A stretch of 63,696 bases of DNA, the filler included, from Reclinomonas americana ATCC 50394 (taxonomy: Eukaryota): NCBI GenBank assembly GCA_048213135.1. It is 4 parts of one record of this genome, joined end to end, with 100 filler letters (N's around TTAATTAATTAA, not from the genome) between each part and the next. Parts side by side here need not be neighbours in the genome. Positions count along the whole stretch, not along the records: positions 20,099 to 37,231 come from PS015013.1; 3 more parts are not named here. One strand, written 5' to 3'. Below are positions 22,663 to 34,900 of the stretch, one piece after another (the first letter of the stretch is position 1; the number at the start of each line of letters is the position of its first letter). A program made the position numbers and the translations under genes. The notes beneath the pieces are model-generated. The model worked only from the letters and a program-made list of their open reading frames with translations. It ran no database searches and had not been told where the DNA came from.

Positions 22663-25034
22663 ATGGCGTCGAGCACAGAGAGCGTGGCTGTGCACGGCTT
22701 GCTCGGCTCTGTGCTTGGTGACGCACTGGGCTGGCCGTTTGAGAACTTTCGCGGTGGGCGGTTTGCGCTGGAGACGCGCTGGGAACTGCGTGCGTCGTTG
22801 CGGTGAGCACTTCTCTGCGTGTGTGTGTGTGTCGTCTTGTCGCGTGACTCACTGATGCGCCATCAGCACGTACCCGGAGAGAGAGATTCCGCCGGGTCAC
22901 GGCGTGTGGACAGAGGGCTCGCAAGTGTCGCTCACGCTGATGGATGTGTTGCATGAGTTGCAATTGATCCGATTCCTTTTCCTTCTCGTTCTCTTGTTGT
23001 GACGCTCGCCGACTGCAGATGCAACGATGGATCGGTGGACTTTGATGCGCTGATCGAACTGTGGGTGTCGCTGGCCAACGTGGAGTGGTTTCGACAGGCT
23101 GGTCAGCCGCTGCGCGAGAATCAACGAGGTGCCTTTCGAGCAACATCGCTGGTCAGTCAGTCAGTCAGTCGTTTGCTTCTCAGGAGGCGCATGCTCGCTT
23201 ATCTGTGAGGTGAATTGCAGGCTTTCCGTAACGCTCTGCGTGCGTGGCAAGACGATGGCACGCGGGCCGATGATGCCGCCGAGCTGAAGTCGCGTTCGTG
23301 TGTCGACATGCAGGTCGACTTGCGACTGACATTGTGTTTTTTTCTCGACTCTATGCAGTCCCGGGTGTGCTGCTGCGTTGCGCGTGTTTCCACTGGCGGT
23401 GCTGGCCGCCACGAGTGCTCACTCGGCCGAGGTGAGTGGACACGAGCATTTTTCATCTCGTGTTATCGACACTCATCGCGTGCAGGAGGCGATTGCATCG
23501 CTGCAAGAGCTCGTCACTGCGTCGACTGTGCTGACGCATGGCGACGTGTTTGCCGTGGTGCCGGCCTACGCTCTGGCGTACATGATGGCCAACATTATCC
23601 TCGAGTCCGAAGGACTGGTGCGTCGGAAGAGAGAGATGGAGAGTGTGATACGGTCTCCCTGACCTTCATTCAACCACAGGTGCGCATGTTTGAGCACAAT
23701 CACTCGCTCGAGGCCGTACTGCTGGAGCTGAGTCGCGAGATGGCCATCTTTGAGGACTTTGTGGCGGTGCGCTTGCCTGTGCGTTGGCGGTACGTCTTCC
23801 CACATTCGACTTTCGGTGTCCGTTTTCCTTCTGTAAGCTCACATGCACACACTCTTTGCAGGCCCGTCAACGCGCAACACTACCACTCCTACTCTACGAT
23901 GCTGGCGCAGGTGGCCACCGACTGTGCGCAGTTTGAGGCATCGCGACTCCCACCGCCCGAACTCTTTGGCAAGCTGGTGACGTCGATCAAGCAGCACGCG
24001 AGCGCCGTCAGTGCGCGTCCACTGGACAACCCGTGCACGGCGGCCTTTGCACCGGCCGGCGTGACCATCAGCATCTGTTTGGCTCTGTTGTACCGTTCGC
24101 CGGCCTACACCTTCTTGGATGGGTTGTGGATCCTGTTTGCGCAGGGTGGCGATTGCCGAGCCACCGGTGCCATGGCCGGTTGGTGCAGTCTCTTTTCTTG
24201 CCTTTACTATCTCCTTTACTCGTTTTCACTGGCTTCTGTAGGTGGCCTTCTCGGTGCCTTTCAAGCAAAGCAGGGTCGCCCGTCGCTGGTGAGCGAGGTG
24301 CACTGGTTGCATGCGGGTCACCTTGTAATCTCACTTGCTTCGCACAGGTCGATGACGCGCTCCCGCTGTTGATGGTGCACGAGCGCTTGCGTGACTTTGT
24401 CTCGCGCTTTGTGGCGTGGTGCTTCCGTCGTCGCATACCCTCGACCACGGAGTTGGCGCCGGAGGAGCGAGGTTGTGTCTGTGTATGCAAGATGCCGCAC
24501 CATGCCGAACAATGCTGAAGACATTCCCCCACGCAGAGCCACCATTGGACGCGGCAGGCCTGGAGCTGCTCGTCACTCGCGGTATTCTCGAGTTGCCGCA
24601 AGAGACGCGACGCGACTACTTTCGAAGCGGTGCCTATCAGAAGAATAAGCAGGCCTTTGTCAAAGGTACGTACTCCAGGTCGTCGGCACGTCATGTGCGC
24701 CACCGCTCACAACTTTGCCCGTGTTTCACAGCGGCTACAGAGAGAGCCAACGAGCTGGCGGAAGCGCAACTGGTCGGAGTCGACGTCAACGACGACGTGG
24801 CCGTGCGACGTGCGGTGGAAGAACTGTATGTGCAAGTGTTTCAGGAGCACGACGAACCGCTGCTGTCGTTGGTGTTGAAGGGCAAGTCACTTCGCTGTGA
24901 TATGCCACAACATGCTTGTGTCGCCTCACACACCAGTTGCAGCCGACGAACGACAGCGCCTGATCTTCAGTGTTGTTTCTCGCGTGCTACCGCCGCGATC
25001 TGCGACATCAGCCGGCCCCAGCGCTGTCTCATGA
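22663..25034 (+). CDS. ADP-ribosylglycohydrolase (ARH/DraG/crystallin-J1 family)-like protein with degenerate metal-binding motifs
   Basis: GLLGSVLGDALGWPFE, GVWTEGSQVSL (normally WTDDT), NPGCAAALRVFPLA, STVLTHGD and GGDCRATGAMAGGLLGA (normally GGDxDT). The last exon junction is uncertain. Confidence 0.8.
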
Positions 25035-25141
25035 ACCTCATGTCGTGCAGTAGTATGCAGTTGTTTACGACATTTTCCATATCCCTCTCCCCCTTCTGTT
25101 TTTCTTTTCTCAAAAGTTGCCCACATGCATGAGCATGTCTC

Positions 25142-26268
25142 TTACGACATCTCAAAGGCAAAGGTGGGGTCACGCTGTGGCTCCTTGGCGGGATCGGTGT
25201 ACGCCTGCCGCACTGTGGTCATGTAGTGCTGTGCGCCACTGTGAATGTTGGAGCGGACGATGCCGCCGGTGACGGTCCTGTTGGTCACCACAATGGTGCG
25301 TGCCGTCTTTGGCTCCTCGTGCGCCAGGCCCATCGAGTCCTCCACCGTCGGCCCCCGCTGTGACACAAATGAGTCAGTTGAAACAACCACAGGCCACACG
25401 CTGTTGACATACCGGGGAATTGTACGGCCAGCCCGTCGAGGAGCGCTGGATCCGCGACGTCTCCAGTCGCCGCTCGGTGATTTCACGGCAGTAGTCGGCC
25501 AGCTGGTGGTCGTCTTTGACTGGCCGCCGGTACGAGGACTGCTGAATCGTGACAAGGTCGCGTGCCCATTTGGCCTCGCCAACTGTGCGCGGCAGCTTGT
25601 TGCGCGTGGTGTGGGCCATGCCCGGCGGCGCTGGGACGTGTGCGCCCTCGGGCAGGTCGGGCGTGGAGCCCGTTCGTGCAACAGTCAGCGGCATCAGCGG
25701 CGGAAGGGTCAGTGTTCCGGACTCTGCAAAAAGTAACAATAGAGTGAGTACGTGCTGCCGGCAGCACCCCGTGCTCGGCGAGGAGAGACGCAACTGCCAA
25801 CAACCGTGATGGGCTTGGTCGCCTGCATGCTGAAGCGCACAGAACCTCTGTAACGAGCAACAGGAGTCAGTCCAGAAACCACTAAATCTCGCACACCACG
25901 ACCCGGCACACACCGTGCTGACATTGGTTCGCCGGTGAATCCCATCTCGCGCGGAGTGGCGCGGTCAATGCCACCCACTGGAAGCAGTGCCACCTCCTAC
26001 ACACACACACAGATTCACGCGCGAGTATTTGTGAGTGAGAGCGGAAAAAGAGGTGACACGGCAACGACCACCCGAAATATTTCACCTTGGACTGGCGCTG
26101 GAGATCACCACGAAGCACACTGCTGCCGGCGTTGCGCTGCTTGGAGCGGTCGCGCACAATCGTGGCAAAGGGGCGTGGCGATGTGGCGGAGGCCGAGGGA
26201 CCCGGCGGGTGCGAGGAACGCTGATACGTTGCGAATGGATCGCTCTTGTTGCCGAGCCACGAAGTCAT
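25142..26268 (-). CDS. Hypothetical basic, Pro/Arg/Thr-rich protein
   Basis: ATG 26268 (MTSWLGNKSDPF). About 4 GT-AG introns join open frames through WARDLVTIQQSSYRRP and HYMTTVRQAYTDP...FAFEMS* (25142). Confidence 0.6.
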
Positions 26269-26466
26269 GGCTCACTGTCGCTGGAGTCACAGCGCAAAGT
26301 GGTGGCACTCGAGAAAAACCAACAGAAAAAATAAAACACACACTCGCACGCACACACAATATAGCAGAAAAGCGCGTGCCAGCCACCGAAGAAGACAGTT
26401 TTCAATAAGCCGTTTTTGACGGTCGGGTTCGTTCGTCGGCCCTTACAGCTGCTCCTTACGATTCCA

Positions 26467-28077
26467 ATGCAGACTTGGGTGCTGGTGCTGCTGTTGCTGC
26501 TGCAGCTCAGTGTGGCGCACAGCACGAGCACCACGCTGGTGCAGGTCGCACGCGCACCGCGATGTGACCGCGCAGACAGTGGGAGTCGACTGCTGGCAAT
26601 CATTGGTGAGGAACCCGCTGTGTTGTCGAGCGACGCGCGTGTGCTGGTGGCGAGCTCGGTGCCGAGAGAGCGGCTGGAGTGGAGGGTGTGGCAGGGTGTA
26701 GTGCAGAGCGATCGTGCAGCATTGTGTCGATGGCACAACGATGATCAGGATGATGATCAATGCGGTCGTCATCTGGTGCCACTGCCGTGTGTGTTTGCCG
26801 ATGCAATGCTCGGGCGCCACCACACCCCAGCGGGCACCCAACGGGCCTGCTGGCTTTCACCGTCGTCTGTGCATCTGAATGCCGATGAGCAGCGCATTGT
26901 CGATGAATTGAGTGGCGGCGTCGTACACCAAGTGGTGCTGGTGGTGTGGCAGTCGGTGCGTGCGAAGGGAAAAAAGGAAGCATCTGACATCCCCCCGACA
27001 AGGACTCACGCTTTGGTGGCACGCAGGGCATTCGTCAGGTGCTTGTCGACATGCGACCGACCGACAGCTCACCTGTGCGCCTCCCCGGCGTCCGCGGTGC
27101 GTCCTCCTCTCTGTTTGTCGCCAGTGTGCTCATCTTGCTAACCTTCTGACGACACAGTGGTGCAGCACAGTGCGGAAACCTGCGAAGCGTGGCGCGAGAT
27201 GGAACAGCAGGCCACCGACTGCGACAGTTTTGTGACTCTCCTTCTCTTACTCTCTACTCTGTCTCTCCCCTCAGTCTTGCTCGCCGCAGATGGACCGTGC
27301 TCGACGATACGCACCATGGCCCGGTGGCTGCCGTCGTCTCCATTGCGCCTGGGCAGTGGCCTGGCTGGCGGCGCCCGACTGGTGACCAACAACGGATACC
27401 ATTTGCACGTGACCACGCGTGTGGTGGGACCTGATGAGCATCCGCCGCGCATCCTGCTGCAACCGATGCCGTGCACGGCTTTCGTGGACGAGTTCGAGCT
27501 GCAGACGGTGCAGCAGGAGCTCGGCGGCGCCTTTCGGTACTCGGTGATGCCGAGCGGCGGGCAAGTGAGTGTGGAGAGCGATGCGACGGATTCGTTTGCA
27601 CATCTGGCCATCATTCGACATGACGGCAGCGGCGGTACCGATGGGCATCGAGTGCTCTCCGGGGGCATGGAGTTGCAATACGCGCTTCCCGTGCACTTGC
27701 GGTACCAGGCGCCCGTGTGGGACAGTCGAGTGACACACCGCGTTGCGCGTATCCCCCCTCCACTGCTGTTCTCGTCATTGGAAGACACGGGCGTTGTGGA
27801 GTTTCTCTACCACGAAGACATGTGGACGGATCGGGACACAGTCGACTGCGATGTCGTGCCCTCATCACCCCAAGCAAGCTTGGCAGCTCCGCCGTTGAGG
27901 CTCTGCCACGATGGAGCTGTGGTGGCGCACGTACCAGTTCCGCGTCTTGGTCACGTGGGTTGGGTGCCGGCTGTCTCCAATGTCATGCTGCTGGTAGTTT
28001 GCGCCTTGGCCGTGTGGCTCGCCGTGCGTCACGTGAATCGTACGGCGCCTGCTGCTGTTCATCACAAAAATGAATGA
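26467..28077 (+). CDS. PIGX: GPI mannosyltransferase I subunit PIG-X/Pbn1
   Basis: Signal peptide. GYHLHVTT, RILLQPMPCTAFVDEFEL and ALPVHLRYQAP match the PIG-X pattern GFH...LP...VDPYEL...LPVH.RY. VPVP is followed by a C-terminal TM (VMLLVVCALAVWLAV). Confidence 0.8.
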
Positions 28078-28130
28078 CACAGACACACACACACGCCGAT
28101 TGTTTACTCGCTGTCGGTGTCGTCGCCCTC

Positions 28131-31100
28131 TCACTGTGCTGGTGGGTAGAGATCGACAGCGTCGCGACGCCGGTGCAGGGCCTTGGGCGTCACATACTCG
28201 GGGAAGTCTGTGCTAAACATGCGAATGACACGGTCACGCTCCTCGTGCACACGTCGATCAAGGACCTTGGAGGACTGCGCAGCTCATTTAGTTTTCTAGT
28301 TGCCATCACACACACTGTCTCATATTCGAACTCACCGTGAACGCGTAAAGGTAAAGGTTGAGCGGCTTGGCCAGTTGCTGTACAAAGGACTGGCCGTCGC
28401 GTCGTCGCATGACTTGCACGGAGAAGCGCACCAACTGCGGCGCCAACGTTCCGCTGTTGTACTGCTCGCTCTCATCGAACATGGCCTGCACAGTGCACCA
28501 CAGAGCGCAAGTGAGACACTTGGAATTCTCATACATCATCATCATCACCGGCACACACCTCACGCTGTTCCAGACGAGGCACGCGCACAGAGAATGTCAC
28601 ATCGATGCAGCGCGTGAGCGGATTGTACAACGACTGGGTGTCGGTGCATTCGGTGTCTTCGACACTGACACGGAGTGCGTACACATCGCGCTTCTCGTAC
28701 ACCTCGAAGCCAGGATCGCTGTGGTCACAATCAGCAACGGGACGAGGGAGACAAGGAGATGACAGTTGTTGTGTAACGCAACACTATGCTCAGAGTTACG
28801 GAGCACGTCGTTCCGTGCAGCACGAGGAAGCGACCCTCGTCGTTCAAGATCAAGTGCGAGTCTGCAGTACGAAGAGAGCACGTGAGCGATACTCACGCAA
28901 ACACCACACAGTGTCGAACAGAGACGCAACCAAAGTTGTCCTTGATGGAGGTCTCAATGTAGGCGGTGTCCGGAGGCAACGATGTTGCCATGAGCTCCAA
29001 GAAACTGTGTGTGTGATGGCATGAGTATCAAATCAGACACACTCGCTCGTCGCGCACATCCCACCTTGCAGGCGTGGGCAGCCGGCGCACCAGGATCGGA
29101 TCCAGGTCGCACAAGCGGCTGCGCAAGTGTTCAAGGCGAGCTGCACGGTACACGGGTGCCCGCTGCAGCGTCACGTCCAGCGGATAAAACAGGTCGCTGG
29201 TGCCGCTGAGCAGTGCACCAAACACGGTGCGCACACGATCACACACTGCGTCTTCGATCTGCTGCAACTCGTCCATATCCACAGTGCCGACAGTCGCCTT
29301 GCGCGACGGCGACAGCGCGGATAGCGACAATGGGCGATCCAGCCCGTCGTGCTGTTGGACACCGTGAAGAGCCTCTGACATGTAAAACAGTGAGGGCGGG
29401 TCGAGTGGCGTGTCGCGCAACATCCTTGCCAGACAGTGCTCACCGTCCACAGCCGCCATGGTGCTGGCGTACATGCGCTGCTGTGCTATCGTCTCGTGCA
29501 CCACCGCCGTGATGCTGCCCTCGATCACGGCCAGCAAATCAGCGGTCTCGTCGGTGGGCTGACCCGCCCGCGCGAATACCGGACTGAGAGCACGATGGTT
29601 CGGGCTGCGCAGCGCAGTCGGCGAGTACAGTGGACGCGCTGCAGAGGGCGACAGAATAAGAAGTGAGGCTTCCATTTTTTGTGCACAATTGAGAGTACAC
29701 ACCGGTTGCGTATTGGGGCGTCGTGGGAGAGGACACGGTTCGTGGCTCATCGGCCGCAGACACAGGCGACATGATGTCGGGTGCGTCAATCACCTCCTCG
29801 TCCTCGGTTGCCGCAGTGTGCACCTGCATACCATCATTAGTATCACAACAATAAAGTCGAAGCAAGTAAACACAAACACACACACCGCTTGTCGCTCTAG
29901 ACGCTGAGCAATGCTGTCGATCTCCGCGTCCTCCATTTGCTGCTCCATGGCGCGCTCAAACACAACCTCCATCTGTCGGTTCCGGTGCACCGCCTCTGCC
30001 GCTCGCCTGCCACGCGAAAAAAACGGGTGAGGCAGAAGTCGGATGCGAGCAGCGCTTCAAACACGACCACACACAAACACACACCTCTCAAGCTCCTCGC
30101 GGTTTGGCGACACAGCTCCCACCGAGGCTGCAACGAAAATGCGGGTCAGGCGTGCATCTGGAGCACAATGGAGCAGCAGAGGAGGAGAGAGACTGGAAGA
30201 CAACACTGACACGTGAGCACATAAAAGAGCAGTTCATTCACCATTTGCAGTGGAGCTTCCACCCTGGCCGGCGGCAGATCCATCGTCCTGTGCAGGTGAC
30301 GCAACCAGAGTGAGTGCGCAGCGACGAAAGAGGGGGAATGCGGGACCGACTCACGGAAGACGACAAGACAGACGGGAGGTCGGTCAATGGGATCTGCCGC
30401 GGTACAGAGTCAAGCGGTCAGGAAGTCTACACGCACAAGCAGAAGCACGGACAGTGCATACCGATCTTCCAGTCTTGTTGCGCAGCATGGTGAGCAGACG
30501 AAGCTGATAGGCACGCAGGTTGTCCAAACTGTGCAAACAAGTGCCCATGTGAGCAATCTCCCGACTGCATGTGCGGTGGCGCAAGCAAACAAAAAGAGCG
30601 CAACTCGGCTGCATCGTACGCAGTGCGGTCTGTGCCGTCGGCCTTGTGACTGCAGCTGGAATACACGACACGAAAAGTGCGCGGCAGTCAAGGGAGAACA
30701 GAGAGCAGCGATGGAAGCAAAGCAATGATCGTGGCGGTGTGACACAAAAGGATATTCGTTGAACTCGGCTCGGTCGTCGAAGCGCACAGAGAAGACGCTG
30801 TCGCGGCTGATCATCTGCCACGTTTGTGCCTCGCTGACCACAAGTGGCATGTTGCCGTTGAGTCGGAAGAGCGTCACCGGCTGCGCGAGACGAAAAGCTG
30901 TGGTGAGTATGAACTTCTGCACCAGCAGCTCGACGCTATTGGACGCACAGCAAGAGTTGGCTTGAGGAAAATGGCGGCCATAAAGGGGTCCACCGAATTG
31001 GCCAGAGGAGCAGTGGGAGAGGCCGACAGGATGCACACACGGCACTGTCCGCGACTGACCCAGCGCATGCGACTGAGGTCGAGCTCATAGAGCCGACCGT

Positions 31101-31604
31101 CGGCCGACTGCAGACACTGCCAGTTGCTGCACGAGGACAGTCAGTGACGCGCGTCAAACGCACTCATGACCACACATGAACACTCAACTGCGGAGTATCG
31201 ACAGGCACGTCACTGAAGGACGAGGTCATGGAGACGTTGGACCATCGCTCGTCTTGTGGAGTCGGCGGCGCACGCGGCTGTGGCGTTTGCTCGAGCACAG
31301 ACGGGGCCGCTCCTGTGACATTCAGTGCTCTTTAACAACTCAACGTGCTCGACACAGCAGAGGGGGATTTTTTGGGCGAGTGGTGCGCACCTTCTGCAAC
31401 GCGCGGGGGTGACGGCAACTCAAACGTCACCGTGATACCGGATGCCGACGAGCCAGATACCGGCTGCTGCAGCTGCTGAGACGAAGAGGAGGAGGAGGCG
31501 GCACCGGCTCGGGTGGGCGGTTGTGGTGAGGCTTCGGCTGCAGGCGGCTGCGGAGCCGGCGTCCTCCGCGGAGCAACTTCTGCATGAGTTTTTTGTGGCG
31601 ACAT
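28131..31604 (-). CDS. Hypothetical protein with an N-terminal PH-superfamily (RanBD/EVH1-like) domain; contains a U12 AT-AC intron
   Basis: Spliced WQCLQSADGRLYELDLSRMRWVSRGQ...TWQMISRDSVFSVRFDDRAEFNDFRVVY (PH-like). In-frame exons continue to TGA at 28131. The start is uncertain because it abuts a gap. Confidence 0.65.
30677..30755 (-). other. U12-type (minor spliceosome) AT-AC intron, 79 nt
   Basis: 5' ATATCCTTT; branch site TCCCTTGAC about 11 nt before the terminal AC. Removal restores GAG TTC AAC GA|T TTT CGT GTC GTG TAT (EFNDFRVVY). Confidence 0.85.
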
Positions 31605-31970
31605 TGAGCNNNNNNNNNNNNNNNNNNNNNNNNNNNNNNNNNNNNNNNNNNNNNNNNNNNNNNNNNNNNNNNNNNNNNNNNNNNNNNNNNNNNNNNNNNN
31701 NNNNNNNNNNNNNNNNNNNNNNNNNNNNNNNNNNNNNNNNNNNNNNNNNNNNNNNNNNNNNNNNNNNNNNNNNNNNNNNNNNNNNNNNNNNNNNNNNNNN
31801 NNNNNNNNNNNNATGCAATCCGACGTTGAAAAAAGGGGCACAAGGGACGGACGGACGGCATCCACAAAAATAACTACAATAGCCGCACTCTTCCTATCCT
31901 TCACCCCGCACACACACACACATACAATCAACTCCGTTCAACTTTCTCTTTCCCCACCACACACACACAG

Positions 31971-34900
31971 TCACTCACGAGCGGCAGCATCAGCGGCTGC
32001 GGTGGAGCTTGCACCTGCAGCTCCGGCGTCGGCTTCAAACAGGCGCGGATACTCGTCAGCCAGGGAGCCGTCGACAGAAGCAGACTCGGCAATGCTCGAT
32101 GCTGTGCCGGCAACAAAGCGTCAGCGTGTGTGGGCATCATTTCGTCATCTGACAAACAAAAGCACAAACGAACCAGATGATCCGGCGGCGCCAGTTGACC
32201 CGGCCGAGGGCGATGCNNNNNNNNNNNNNNNNNNNNAAACGGCTTGTCCAACACACTCTCCTGCAGTCGAGGACCCTTGATGTCGCGGAAGACTCGGAAC
32301 ACCTTCCATTTGCGATTTTGCACAAAGTTCAGCGTGCCCTTGCTCTGGTACATGCGCTCCAGCAGAGCTGTGCGGAACGGACTGTCAGGAACACAGAGAT
32401 CAACAGGAATCGCAATTGACGACACACCTCGAATCTTGGCGACAGTGGTCGTGTACACCGCACCGTACTGCGCCGACGAAAAGGCGTAGAGTGCAATGCG
32501 GCCGAGCAGCTCCAAGAACTCGTAAAATGTGATGCTCTCCGGCACACCCGGCACCGTCTTGTGCACACAGGCGCGATACAGCTGCAGGAGCGCCGGCTTG
32601 GACGCCAGCGACGGGAACAACTCAAAGTCGCGGGCAAACATCGAGAACTCGTCAAAGTTCATAGTCTCCTGCGCCCTCGTCACCGTCTTCCACGACGTCT
32701 CCTCACCCGGCAGTTTGTGCAAGTCGCAGTAGTAATCAAAGATCTGTGTGTATGCAGTGTGAGAATGATTCGCAACTCGTCAAACGCACACGACGACGGC
32801 GTGACAGACCTCACGAATCGGGGCTTCGAACTGGCGCCACGTCTCAATCACATCAGGCATCACCAGCTGCTTGTTGTCGCGTGCAGCCGCCATGGCTTCC
32901 ACGTGCCTGGCCGGGGCCGACGACGACCCTGAAGACGACGATGCTCCCGATACTGCACTCGTGTTGACCGCATCCGGTGAAGCGTCTAATGCAAAGGAAA
33001 TGAGTTCGCCTGCGCGAATGCACATCTACACCAGCCAGCACGACACGCAACAAAGGTGTGGTGACAGCTGCTCCGGTCGCAAGCGGGAGCAGTTGGCCAG
33101 AATGTAGCGAGTGAGGAAGGCGTGGAAATCTTCACTGGCCAGTGGTCGGTCCGTGGCTGCTCGGAGACGCGCATGAGAGAGAGACACACAATGAGACGAG
33201 GGAGGAGAGAGACGAAATGGAAGCGCACCAAGATGTTTCCGACTGGCCAACATGTAAATCGCAGTGAGGAACTCCTGGTAGTTCATGCGCGCCTCTTGTC
33301 GCGGCTGTGTGGGTGACACAGGCCGCATGGCAAGCGTGGCACTGGCCGCGGAGGCATTGAAGCTCGGCGACCCAGTGGCCGGAGGCAGTGCCGTGAATGT
33401 GTCACTGCATGCATGCGACCAGGCGTGGTGAGCGAGAAGAGATAGATAGAGTGGTCATCAACGACGCAACGTCCGGAGGGCGCCACGCGTGCACTCGACA
33501 AACACCAGATCAACGTCGCCAAAGCTGAGACTCTTGTTGTCCACTGCGCCGCTCTCCCTCATGAGGCGAGCGAAGGAGCGACTGGAGATGGTGTCACTGC
33601 GGTTCATCCGATCGCCCGAGTGGCTGTAGTGGTGGAAGATGCAACGCAAATCCTCATCTGCATCGAGTACGACTGTGAGCAAGTGGTCTCACCAGCATGA
33701 ACCGCAACAACAACAACACACACACACACACACGCACCGTGAACCGACAACAGTGCCGCTGGCGTGTTGTTCTGCAGCGGAATGGCTGAGCGATCGGGCG
33801 GTGCATCGCCTCGGGCTGCCGACTGCTCAAAATCTGCAATCGTCATGCGCTGGCGAGTGGAGCTGGGCGACACCGGACCCGGCGAGGCCGCGGCTGCGCT
33901 TCCAAGATCCATACTCTCGCTGCGGCTGCACGCACAGACGTGATCAGCGGAGTGGGGGGAGCGAACAAATGCAACCCAACAAAGCCTCGCATCCATCAAC
34001 TCACCGACTGATAGACGACGCCGATGAAGGCGACGACGGTGGTCGCTGGTTGGCGAGGCCGGGCGACGGTGACCGACGACCCACTGCCAACAAGAATAAG
34101 CAACAAAACAAGAAATCACAACGACAATCACCACCAACACACACCTGCGCGCACTGGACCAGCAGGAGATGACTGCAGCGCCAATGGCGAAGACTGCAGT
34201 GCCAACGGCGGCGGCGGCGAGCTGCTTCCTCCCACTGCGCCGGCTGGCGAGGCCGACAGTGACAAACGCCCAGATGAGGAACCAGACGCACGACTGGCGG
34301 ACTCTCCCGCAGCACCAGTGGAGAGTCGATCGGTCGACCGCGCAGAGCTCGAGGGAGATGAGGCGGCAGCAGCTGCCACCAAGTTTGACGGCTGTGCGGC
34401 GAAGATACATGTGAGCAAGCTCGACGAGGGGCAGGAGCACGAGTGCATCAGTCCTCACCTCGCCGGCACGCGCGGCTGCTCGGGATCGCCGCAGAGTGGC
34501 AGCGTACAACTGAACAACCGGCGCCACCTTGGCCGGATCCTTCCACAGCAGGCGAATGGCGTTGTTGCCGAGATCGGCCACGTACACCTCGGCCAGTTGC
34601 GTCACGAGAATGTCGGAGAGAGAGTTGAATTTGGCCTGCGACAAACAACACGGTGAGCACCAAGTGTGTCGAGTGGCACTTGCAATACATCGCAACTTCA
34701 TCGGCGGTCCCATTGACGTGACCCCAGCCCTTCTGACCGGCAAATGTGACGACACTGGTGTAGTCGCGCGACACCTTGCGAATGCTGTTGTTCTCGCGAT
34801 CCGCCACGAGGATCTCGCCACTCGGCACCACCGCCACCGCCACCGGAAAACTAAAGGCCGTCGACTCAGCGGGCCCATCGCGGAATCCCGACTTGCCCGA

